Source: Octopus sinensis (Eukaryota). From it: DNA of 39,919 nt. Position numbers and translations under genes: made by a program. Within the stretch, counting starts at the first letter, position 1. Every line of letters begins with the position of its first letter. Where the stretch lies: positions 1-39,919 of the forward strand of contig NW_021835619.1 of NCBI RefSeq assembly GCF_006345805.1. The letters run 5' to 3'. This document shows positions 12,113-23,387 of the stretch, in pieces. A model generated the notes under the pieces. It saw nothing but the letters and a program-made list of their open reading frames with translations. It had not been told where the DNA came from and did no database searches.

Positions 12113-12380
12113 GTGAGTCTAGTTTCTTTCGCTATATCGACATGCTGCCAACAAGCAGGTTACAGGAATGCGACAAAAGACTCCAACACTTCAGAATAGA
12201 CAATATACTTATATAGAAATAAATGAATGAGATTAGAGGACAACTCTCACTCCCTCCCTCTCTTCATCTCTCTCTCTGCCTGGATGTGCGTTATATATAA
12301 TTATATCAATATTTTTCAAACTTTGAACTCAAATATTCTGCCTAACTCATCACTGCAGAAAGTGTCTGTCTATATATATC

Positions 12381-12441
<61 letters not shown>

Positions 12442-12469
12442 ATATAATATATATATATATATATCGTAG

Positions 12470-12660
12470 TAAGCACATAAATAGAAAGAAGGTGGAAAAA
12501 AGATACTCAAATACCAAAGGTAGAGTAATATGCTTTATTTAAAGCAGCAGAGAAATATAACAACAAAAGCTGTTTTTAACGAAACTGTCCGACGAACGGG
12601 AACGTGAAACTCCGAGTAACAGCTTTTGTTATATTTCTGCTGCTTTTAAATAAAGCATAT
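12470..12660. mobile_element. Penelope-like element terminal (pseudo-LTR) fragment in inverted arrangement
   Basis: 12528-12574 is the reverse complement of 12618-12660. The forward part carries a hammerhead motif followed by AATAAA. Inverted partial pLTRs and minimal hammerheads are established hallmarks of Penelope-like elements. No RT or GIY-YIG coding sequence is present. Confidence 0.65.
12585..12622 (+). ncRNA. Minimal type I hammerhead ribozyme (U4C core variant)
   Basis: Stem I CUGU(12585-88)/ACAG(12619-22); core CCGACGA(12589-95); stem II ACG-GGAA-CGU; GAAA(12606-09); stem III ACU-CCG-AGU; cleavage triplet GUA with predicted cut after 12618. Confidence 0.75.
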
Positions 12661-12693
12661 ATACATATGTGTGTGTGTGTGTGTGTGTGTGTC

Positions 12694-12724
<31 letters not shown>

Positions 12725-13287
12725 ATGTAATGTAGTATGTATGTATGTATGTATGTATGTATGTATTGCTATCTCGTTTCAAAGCAGGTTTTAGACATTG
12801 AGTTGGAACGTGACTTGGACAACACCATTGATACATACATATACGCACACATATATACAACACACATACGAACATGTATAGACACACACACACACATGCT
12901 ACAGAAAGATGACAAAGATATCTGGATGAAAATAAAAATAGAAAAAAAAAGAAAAGCACAAAGGAATGTAAAGAAGATTATTAGCCAACAACCAAATATA
13001 ACAACGTGTGTGTGTGTCTGTGTGTGTGTGTGTGTGTTCAGGCCAGACGTTTGGCTTTATAGAAATTCTTGTGCAGCCCTTATTGTCTTTCACACTTGTT
13101 TCCGTGTTACTAATATCAGTACAACTTCATCCACAACCACTAGCACACAATTAATCAGACTCCCCCTAATTAATTTCAATGCAATTATTAAAACTCCGTA
13201 TAAATTGAAGCAACATTTATCCTTAATAAATAACCACACGCAAGCACACACACACACACATTCCACAGGCGTATAGTGATGTGAAGA

Positions 13288-13334
<47 letters not shown>

Positions 13335-13567
13335 CTCTTTTACTTGTCTCGGTCATTTGACTGTGGCCATGCTGGAGCACCGCCTTTTGTCGAGCAAATC
13401 GCCCCCAGGACTTTATATAAACTGAAGCATTAAAATTAATCAAGCGACATGCTAAGCATGCCCACCTGCTGGAAATAACTATACAAATCAATTTTTAAAT
13501 AATTACACTAGTTAATAACAAAATTAATAATAACTTCGCAAACTAATTTCTCGTGAATTGTTTACCC

Positions 13568-13606
<39 letters not shown>

Positions 13607-13814
13607 GCGTGACTGGATGCGGTCAAAGCGAGACAATTCGGCTCTATTGTTAAACGCACCGTATCGGATGCTTCCATGGAAATATATACAACAAATGAAA
13701 TAAGAGAGTACTCAGTCAACTCCACGTTCTCTTTTCTCTCTCTCTCTCTCTCTCTCTACAAGTTCCAGCAAAACACACCGACACACACGAGTCGATAATG
13801 TTCAATTTGTTATC

Positions 13815-13992
13815 ACAGATTCCAGCGGAACTTAGTCCTTAACGTTTCGAGTTCAAATTCCTCCGAGGTCGGCTTTGTCTACCATCCATCCTTTCGGGGT
13901 CCACGAAACAAAATACCAGTCGAGCAGACTGGGGGACGATCAATGTGACACACCCCACTCAGAACTTCCTGGCCTTGTACCAAAATTTAAAC
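13815..13992 (+). mobile_element. Diverged SINE family A with tail 3
   Basis: GAGTTCAAATTCCTCCGAGGTCGGC...CATCCTTTCGGGGTC...TGGCCTTGTACCAAAATTTAAACCA. Confidence 0.7.
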
Positions 13993-14401
13993 CAGGCTTA
14001 ACTTCGGTATAAGTACCGGAAGTACCGGATACATTTCAAGAAAGTGTTTTCTTTTTATATATGGGGTGATTAGGGTTAGGGGTGTGAGAAAAGGGTTTGT
14101 GTTATCTTCATAAATGTAAACAAAGTCACGTGTGTACCTATACCGAAGGATCGCTTTTAAACCCAATTTTTTTCACAAGGTTTTCTTTTAGGCTATTCTA
14201 CATCATACGAGGACGTCGCCTACAAATCAAGAGCAAATTTCCCGCCAAAGAGTGCGCGATGAATTCGCGCCAACCCAAGGGTAGGTAACCCATGTTAGTA
14301 TATACGCTAGTTTACATTTAGTATACAGTTACCGTGTCTGATGACATCAAACTATTATGGACACATTCTTTTCTACGCTTGGTACAATTTCCGAAATGTT
14401 T

Positions 14402-14730
14402 GCGCAAGGGGCCAGTCGATTAGACCGATCCACAACGGAACTGGTACTTACTTTATCGACCCCGAAAGGATGAAAGGCAAAGTCGATCTCGGCGGAATTT
14501 GAACTCAGAACGTAACGGCAGACGAAATACTTATTTCTTTACTACCCACAAGGGGCTAAACACAGATAGGACAAACAAGGACAGACAAACGGATTAAGTC
14601 GATTATATCGACCCCAGTGCGATGAAAGGCAAAGTCGACCTCGGCGGAGTTTGAACTCAGAACGTAACGGCAGACGAAATACCGCTAAGCATTTCGCCCG
14701 GCGTGCTAACGACTCTGCCAGCTCGCCGCC
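14402..14730 (-). mobile_element. SINE family A, dimeric
   Basis: Intact head at the 14730 end; core and tail 1, then a second B-box/core unit. Confidence 0.85.
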
Positions 14731-15037
14731 ATACTGTTGGCATATTAGACGCACTTTAATTTCAGTCGAGCATATTCAGGAACACAAGTGTTTGGTGCAT
14801 TCAGACATGTAATAATTAAACCCGTGAAACAGGACATTACAAAACATTGTGAAAGTACTTTAGTTGTAGCGGAAAAGATTAGCGGATAAAGTAAAGGGAC
14901 TTAGCAGCACAGCTGACTATAAGAGGATCGTTATATTCATAATGTAACTTCCAAATACAAATCTTGAAAATTTCAATAAATACAGGTACTTTTCTTAGTA
15001 AACAAAATTTATATATGGACCCACAAATTACAATTTT

Positions 15038-15456
15038 GGATCTTTTCGGTTTGGCCGGCAGTTTTTAATATAATTTCTAGGTAACTAAAATTTTTTAAAC
15101 TTCGTATACTGGTAGAATGTGTTTATAAAACATCTTTTTCTATTGGCTTTATTGAGAAAATTCTATAGTTTGTAAGATATTTTTTGTCTTTTTTCCTTCA
15201 ATTTCTGCAATTTCAACCAATCACTGACGTCCATTGAGGTTAAAAAAAAAAACCTTCTGTGCCGTATGAATATGTCCCTCGTTTAAGAAACAGATTGGGT
15301 TTATTTAAATTTGTGAAGAAAAAAAAGATACCCTTCCTCCCACCCCTAACCCTAAAACAGATTGAAATGCAATAGATCGATACTAGGGTCATAATTATGG
15401 GCGACAATATCATATGACACCGATAGAAAAAACTACCGTTCAAACCGATAAGATCC
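15038..15456 (-). mobile_element. MITE copy 3 (opposite orientation)
   Basis: TIRs GGATCTTTTCGGTTTGGCCGGCAGTTTTT / AAAAACTACCGTTCAAACCGATAAGATCC; interior is the reverse complement of copies 1 and 2. Confidence 0.9.
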
Positions 15457-15574
15457 TACAAATCTTGAAAATTTCAATAAATACATGTACTTCGCCTAGT
15501 AAACAAAATTTATATATGGACCCATAAATTACAATTTTTTACTCCTGGACCACCTTAAAGCTTCTGTGAACATC

Positions 15575-15589
15575 GGTTGGGAACCCCTG
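15575..15589. mobile_element. Orphan hAT/Charlie-type terminal inverted repeat
   Basis: GGTTGGGAACCCCTG is the reverse complement of CAGGGGTTCCCAACC, a typical hAT-Charlie terminus. The partner end was not found. Confidence 0.45.
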
Positions 15590-16277
15590 CTTTACAGTGC
15601 CGATAAAAAATACTTGGCGGCATTTCTTCTAAATCTCTCCGATGTTAGTTCAAGTCCTCCTGCGGTCGTCCTTGTTTTACTCCCTCACCCCTGGGATCGA
15701 TAGAATTAGACATTAGTCTAGTAACGAGTTCGATTTAATCGATTTATCTGAATCCCCTCTTCGAAAACACTGGCCCTGAGTCAAACTTTGAAACCATTTG
15801 GGGGCAGTGAGCTGCCTCGCCGGACAAAATGCTAAGCGGCGATTATTCCAGTTCTTCATACTCAAACTCTAGGTTGTTATTTAGTATGACATTCCCCCCA
15901 CGACCACAACACACAATATCTATAATTAGATCTCACATTTTGTGAAGATCACCTGGAATCAACATATACATTCTTGTTGTTATTATTATCATAAATGGAC
16001 CAATTCTGAGGTTTCACCTGTAATTGAAAAAGGTATTATAAAAGGAGAAAGCCCCCCCCCCCCGACTTTTATGGGGTTTTCCACGTGAGACCTTTTCTTT
16101 TTTTTTCGAAGCGTCTCCTCTATTGGGAGTATTGTAAATTGTTGAATTTTTTTCGTTGTTGTAAAGCTTGTTTACACGGACTTTTTTCTTCGAAAAACGG
16201 ACAAAACCTTTTGTAACCCTTTGTCCTGTTTTGTCCATTTATGTTTTTCAATCATATTTGTCAGCCCTTGTGGCCAA

Positions 16278-16327
<50 letters not shown>

Positions 16328-16555
16328 CGAAAGCCTTGTAACGAACGCACAAACACAAACAGAATAGGGTACGTATAGTATATATGTTTACTTTCCAATT
16401 TTATGAAACAGTACAGTAAGGAGTATATGTATGTGTATGTATACACATAACACATGTGTGCGTGAGCTTCTGCATATACACATGCATACAACTATACGCA
16501 TTATACGAACATAGATATACGGGCATATAAATAGGCACACTCACACACAAGCATC

Positions 16556-17278
16556 ACTGACATTCCGTCGGTTACGACAACCTATTTCTTTACAACCCAC
16601 AAGGGGCTAAACACAGAGGGGACAAACAAGGACAGACAAATGGATTAAGTCGATTACATCGACCCCAGTGCGTAACTGGTACTTATTTAATCGACCTCGG
16701 CGGAATTTGAACTCAGAACGTAACGACAGACGAAATACCTATTTCTTTTACTATCCACAAGGTGCTAAACACAGAGAGGACAAACAAGGACAGATAAAGG
16801 GACTAAGTCGATTATATCGACCCCAGTGCGCAACCGGTACTTTTTTAATCGACCTCGAAAGGATGAAAGGTAAAGTCGACCTCGGCGGAATTTGAACTCA
16901 GAACGTAACGGCAGACGAAATACAGCTCAGAATTTCGCCCGACGTGCTAACGATTCTGCCAGTTCGCTGCCTTGTCGGTTACGACAACCGTTCCGGTTGA
17001 TCCGTTTAAGGACCTGCTCGTGAAATTAACTTGCACTCCACAGACACGCGTCACACATGACGTAGTTCTCGGTGATACTCAGGTGCGGCACAGGTTGTGA
17101 CAAGGCTGGACCCAGTTAAATTACAGGTACAAATAACTCATTTTTGCCAGCTGAGCTGACTGGAACAAAGTGGGAAAAAAAAAATACTTAGCTGAAGAGC
17201 ACAAAGCGCCGCCGGGTATGGAACTCACGACCTTAAGATAGTGAATCCAAAACCCTAACCACTTCGCCACTTGTCGCA
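16556..17278 (-). mobile_element. tRNA-derived SINE family D, interrupted near its 3' end by a family A insertion
   Basis: Minus-strand A box TGGCGAAGTGG, degenerate B box, CORE-like TCAGCTGGCAAAAATGAGT, and tail ...GTTGTCGTAACCGAC present on both sides of the insert. Confidence 0.65.
16583..16973 (-). mobile_element. SINE family A, dimeric, with 16 bp TSD
   Basis: Flanked by the perfect direct repeat GTCGGTTACGACAACC (16567-16582 and 16974-16989). Confidence 0.9.
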
Positions 17279-17305
17279 CTTCGCGTGCACATGCACATAC
17301 GTATA

Positions 17306-17550
17306 TACTCTCTTTTACTCTGTTACTTGTTTCAGTCATTTGACTGCGGCCATGCTGGAGCACCGCCCTTAGTCGAGCAAATCGACCCCGGGACTTATTC
17401 TTTGTAAGCCCAGTACTTATTCTATCGGTCTCTTTTACCGAGCCGCTACGTGACGGGGACGTAAACACACCAGCATCGGTTGTCAAGCAATGCTAGGAGG
17501 ACAAACACCGACACACACACACACACACATATATATATATTTTATATATA

Positions 17551-17599
<49 letters not shown>

Positions 17600-18169
17600 A
17601 TATATATTATATATATTATAGTGGCGGTTGTGGGGTAAGTAGCTTGCTAACCACCACATGTTCCGGGTTCAGTCCCACTGCGTGGCATCTTCGGCAGTGT
17701 CTTCTGCTATAGCCCCGGGCCGACCAATGCCTTGTAAGTGGATTTGGTAGACGGAAACTGAAAGAAACCCGTCGTATATATGTATGCGTGTGTGTGTTTG
17801 TCCCCCTAGCATTGCTTGACAATCGATGCTGGTGTGTTTATGTCCTCATTACTTAGCGGTTCGGCAAAAGAGCCCGATAGAATAAGTACAAGGCTTACAA
17901 AAGAATAAATCCCGGGGTCGAGTTACTCGATTAAAGGCGGTGCTCCAGCATGGCCACAGTCAAATGACTGAAACAAGTAAAAGAGTATATATATACATAT
18001 ATACGACAGGCTTCTTTCAGTTTCCGTCTACCAAATCCACTCACAAGGCATTGGTCTGCCCGGGGCTATAGCAGAAGACACTTGCCCAAGATGCCACGCA
18101 GTGGGACTGAACCCGGAACCATGTGGTTGGTTAGCAAGCTACTTACCACACAGCCACTCCTGCGCCTAA
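17306..18169 (-). mobile_element. SINE family B split by a nested insertion
   Basis: 3' half at 17306-17512 and 5' half at about 17990-18169, separated at the internal (TA)n by a plus-strand copy. Confidence 0.85.
17618..17986 (+). mobile_element. SINE family B nested in opposite orientation
   Basis: Near full-length match to the family B consensus seen in other copies. Confidence 0.9.
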
Positions 18170-18904
18170 CACAAACACAAAATTTTTCTCGATGTGGAAT
18201 CACAGAAATGAGCGAATGTAGGGTAGTTGTAGAGGCTGGCATTATCAAACGTGTTAGTAGCCGAGGCCATTTTCAGCACCCCACCCACGACAACCACCAC
18301 AGAATCCATTGAGAATGGTTTTGATGGAGCCAGTGCCATAAGAAAGGATACCTGGCTAAGCTGCCATGCACTGAGCCTGAACTCGGCACCGTGCGCCGTC
18401 TGCGTGCTAACAGGGTGACGTCATAACTAAATTGGAATGGTAAGGCATGCCAAGTGGCACAATGTGCCAGGATGCCGCAGCGTGGAAAGTAGAACGGCAC
18501 GGTTGAATGAAGTGGCAGCAAGTGCAGTATGGAAGCGGAGTGCAAAAGCGTTGTGGTATTCTATGCTATGTGGTCTAATGGTAACGGAATGGTATGCGAA
18601 ATGGCACAGCCTCCAAAGCGTAGTGGTGGTGGTGGTGGGTGATGTATAAGAGAAGGAGCAGAGAGTGTAAGGCGGAGCGGTGTGCTGTGTGAAGCGGAGT
18701 GGCACGGTGTGGTGGTGTGCAGAGAAGAGTGGAGGTGTGGTAGCATGTAAAACGAAACTAGTTAGACACGGTTGACCGGCGACACGGTTGTAGGTTGTTG
18801 TACTAAAAAAAGACAAACATGCATACAAGTGTGAACGGAGGTGGCGGCGGTGGTGGCGTTGGGGGAGGGGTGGGTTGCGGTTTATAAAGTCTATCCACAC
18901 AGGG

Positions 18905-19600
18905 ACCAAACACACACACACACACGTGCACATACTCATGGACATGTATGCAGGTACACAATACATGTACACACATATGCATACATATACACACGCATAT
19001 GTACATAAGCATAGATATATACATACACGTGTACATATATATATATATATATATACACATACACACACGTCGTGTGCACATATATACATACGCACAGTCG
19101 TATATACTACACTCATATATACACACACAAACACATACATACATACACATATATATATTTATACATACATATATATGCACATACATATATATATATATAT
19201 ATGCACATACATACACACACATATATATAGATATATATATGCACATACATACACACACATATATATATATATATGCACATACATACACACACACATATAT
19301 ATATATAAAGATATATATACATATACATATATATACATACATATATACATACGCACACACACACACACATATATATATATAAATATACACCCTCGCACAC
19401 ACACAAAACGTCCAATTACGAGAGTGCGCGTGAATCTAACTACATCCATAAATGCACACACACACACACACACACACGGAACATACCAAATAATGTTGAA
19501 ATAATTTACAATCAAAGAAATATGTGTGTGTGTGCGTGCGTGTGCGTATATGGATGTATTAGAGTGTGTGCATGTGTGTGTGTGTGTGTGTGTGTGCGTG
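18905..19600. repeat. Mosaic (CA)n/(TA)n/(TG)n array
   Basis: Direct reading of the sequence. Confidence 0.9.
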
Positions 19601-20039
19601 CGTGGTATACAATTACATCATTACACGCATGCAGTACTTGACCATCATGTGATGGCTTGATTCGATGCCAACGCGAACAATGGCAGCGGGGTGGGGGGGG
19701 AAGAGGGGTGCTTAAAATGTATTCATTCACATATATATTTATTTATTTATTTATTTATTTATTTATCTTATTTAAAAGTGAAACTAGGTTCCACTCACTT
19801 TTTTTATGAAAAACTAAAACCAGCCTATGGTATTTCTTGTTTTTGTTCTGGTCCACCCCTAATTCACCCTTACCCTCAGCGACCCAGATCGCCATTTTAT
19901 AGCTCCAGTCTACCCTCACCACAAAACCGGGTGTTATGCAGTCAACATTGTCGACGGGTGCATTCTACATGCACTAAATACTAATATAGTATTAACCACA
20001 TGTTTCATATAAAATAATGAAAAATTTCTGATTGAATAA

Positions 20040-20070
<31 letters not shown>

Positions 20071-20141
20071 CATAGACGCGCGGACACACAGACACACAAT
20101 CAGATAATACTAAACGCTGGTTACTTTACACGAGTTTGTGT

Positions 20142-20485
20142 CGTGGCACCTTGGGCAAGTCTCTTCTACATTAGACTCGGACCGACCAAAGCCTTGTGAG
20201 TGGATTTGGTCGACGGAAACTAAAAGAAGCCTGTCGTATATATATATATATATATATATATAGATATATATATATATATATATATATATGTAGAGTGTGT
20301 ATCTGTTTGTCTCCCCAACATCGCTTAACAACCGATGCTGGTGTGTTTACGTCCCTGTAACTTAGCGGTTCGGCAAAAGAGACCGATAGAATAAGTACTA
20401 GGCTTACAAAGAATAAGTCTTTGCTCGACTAAAGGCGGTACTCCAGCATGGCCACAATCAAATAACTGAAACAAGTAAAAGAGTA
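20142..20485 (+). mobile_element. SINE family B, 5'-truncated
   Basis: Begins at CGTGGCACCTTGGGCAAG; complete 3' half ending AAACAAGTAAAAGAGTA. Confidence 0.9.
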
Positions 20486-20499
20486 ATGAATACACATAG

Positions 20500-20900
20500 A
20501 TAGGCGCAGGAGTAACTTTGTGGTAAGTAGCTTGCTAACCAACCACATGGTTCCGGGTTCAGTCCCACTGCGTGGCACCTTGGGCAAGTGTCTTCTACTA
20601 TAGCCTCGGCCCGACCTAAGCCTTGTGAGTGGATTTGGTAGACGGAAACTTAAAGAAGCCCGTCGTATATATAATATATATATATATATATATATGCGCG
20701 TGTGTGTTTGTGTGTCCCCCCCTAACATTGCTTGACAACCGATGCTGGTGTGTTTATGTCCCCGTTACTTAGCGGTTCGGCGAAAGAGACCGATAGAATA
20801 AGTACTGGGCTTACAAAAGAATAAGTCCCGGGGTCGAGTTGCTCGAGTTGCTCCAGCATGGCCGCAGTCAAATGACTGAAACAAGTAAAAGAGTAAAGAG
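20500..20900 (+). mobile_element. SINE family B, full length
   Basis: ATAGGCGCAGGAG head, GGTTCAGTCCC B box, complete tail. Confidence 0.92.
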
Positions 20901-21003
20901 AGATGGATAGATGGATGGATGGGTAACTTCTGATCAACCGATTGCAACATTTTGCAATCATCATTACCATCATTCTAGCTTTCCATGGTTACATAGGTGA
21001 GGT

Positions 21004-21237
21004 CGCCGGTTCTCAACCGGGGTCCACCTAAACTTTGAAGTTCCACTGACCCTTGGAGTTCCTTAAAAGATTTCTCTGTTAAAATTTGTGCAAGAAATTG
21101 GTTCTGCTTCTGCAATACGCAAAGGACTTAAACATTAAAAAAAAAAAAAAAAAGAATAGGGATCTTTTTTAAATACATCAAATGACTAAGTTGGCCCACC
21201 TGAAATAGATAGGAATAAAAATGGTTGTGAAGTGCTG
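21004..21237. mobile_element. Degraded hAT/Charlie-like MITE
   Basis: Ends CGCCGGTTCTCAACC and GGTTGTGAAGTGCTG resemble the CAGTGGTTCTCAACC-type TIR pair; no 8 bp TSD recovered. Confidence 0.4.
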
Positions 21238-21804
21238 GATTAGAGGGTATTTGCCGAAGTAGATTTCCACTGGACTTCTTTTCGCTAACGCCCTCTTGCT
21301 TCCAAGTAGCAATATATTCCCCATATTCAGAGATTTTCGAAGAATATTGGAAAATGAACGACCCCGCTTGTATAACAGTGACTATCTTTTACAACAATAG
21401 CGTAACATCAAGACAAAAGCGGGAAGACACACGTTTAGAGGACTGATTATGACATCTAGGGAGTTACTTTTGTCTAACTCACAGATGTACAACCCTGAGT
21501 GCGTCCACTCCTTATATAATTAATACTTCATACATCAGAGACTTACTGTACACCTGTGAGCTTATGCTGTGTCCGTAATTACCTCCCCTTTCCGTTGAGC
21601 CTCTCCAAGAATTGTCACATGGTGTTTTTTCTTTTTGTTTTCTTTCACTAAATTTCAAGAATGGATCAATGAATTATGACAGGTACACGACACATGCATC
21701 AACGCACACAAACACACACAGATACATAGATAGTCACGTACCCGGTATACATTTATATAGTCCTAACACATTCTGCATCTAGACACACAACCATGTCCAT
21801 ATAA

Positions 21805-21898
21805 TACTATATATATATATATATATATATATAAGGGATATTAGCCAGACGTGTGTGTATATATTCATACATATGTACAGAATATATGTGTGTGTGTA

Positions 21899-21970
<72 letters not shown>

Positions 21971-23352
21971 TGCCGCCCCAAATGTACTTTTATATATCAG
22001 CAGAAACATGCATGTACTTGTAGCATATACATTATCGAATATACACCACATTTATACTGGATATGAAAGTACAGTATAGAGAAATAGATAAATATAATAT
22101 ACATGTATGTATGTATCTGTGTGTGTGTATGTATATAGATAGATAGATAGACATACATATATACATATATGTATGGGTGTATAGATAGACAGATAGAGAT
22201 TATATATCTATACAGGTACATTATATATATATATAATATACACACATATATACACACACATGTATATATATATTATATATTCTATACACATGCATAGACA
22301 CACACACGTTATATGCACTCATGCAGATGTATATAATATATATATATATACACATGTGTATTTTTTTCTTGTCAGATTATATATAGTTCTACACTTATGC
22401 ATATTACACACACACACAACATGTGATTTAAACAATGCAAGTATTCACGCGCACATGCATACACGGTAATTGCGTGTGTATATATGTATGGAACTTAATA
22501 ATGGCCATACACACGCATGTTCTGCGGATGCATGCCGCATCATACTGCATGGAATATGCATACACACAGATATATATATATATATATATACATACAGTGC
22601 TGAACAGAGATCCGTATATACACACATACACACACACTCCCACGCGGTCATGCTCCAGTAATTTCATCAATGGAGATGGTTGTTCGCCCTCCCTTTTGTG
22701 TGTGTGTGGTGGTGTGTATTAGGTGTAACCTACATTGCTCCCATTCATTCATTTATTTATTCATACCACAAAAACAACAACACACACACACACACATGTA
22801 CGCACACACGCACGCACGCAAGCACACGCACACACAGACACGCACGCGCAAACGCGCACGCGTAAGATCTCCGACGGACGCGGATGTGCACACACGCAAA
22901 CTTGCACAGAGTCACGTGAAAAAGAAGTTTATGTCAAAGTTTCTCTGTGCGTAAGTTTTCGGTACACGCACGCGCACAACCGCATACGCACGCCCGCGCG
23001 CACGCACGCGTACACACAGACACATTCACTAACACACACATGGAAGAAGATCACGTGAGTGTATCTACTTGCATGAAGTTTGCGCGCATACAATGTATTA
23101 TGATATCTAGCCAAACACACACACGCACATGCGCCAACAATCTATATACTATGCGTGCGTGTGTGTATATATATAGTATATATGCGTGTGTGTGTGTGTA
23201 TACATGTATATATATATGCGTGTGTGTATATATAAAATATGTGCGTATGTGTATATATATTTATATACATACACACACATATTTTACACACACACACGCA
23301 TACATATAGTATATATGCGTGTATATATAATATATGTGTGTGTGTATGTATG

Positions 23353-23387
<35 letters not shown>

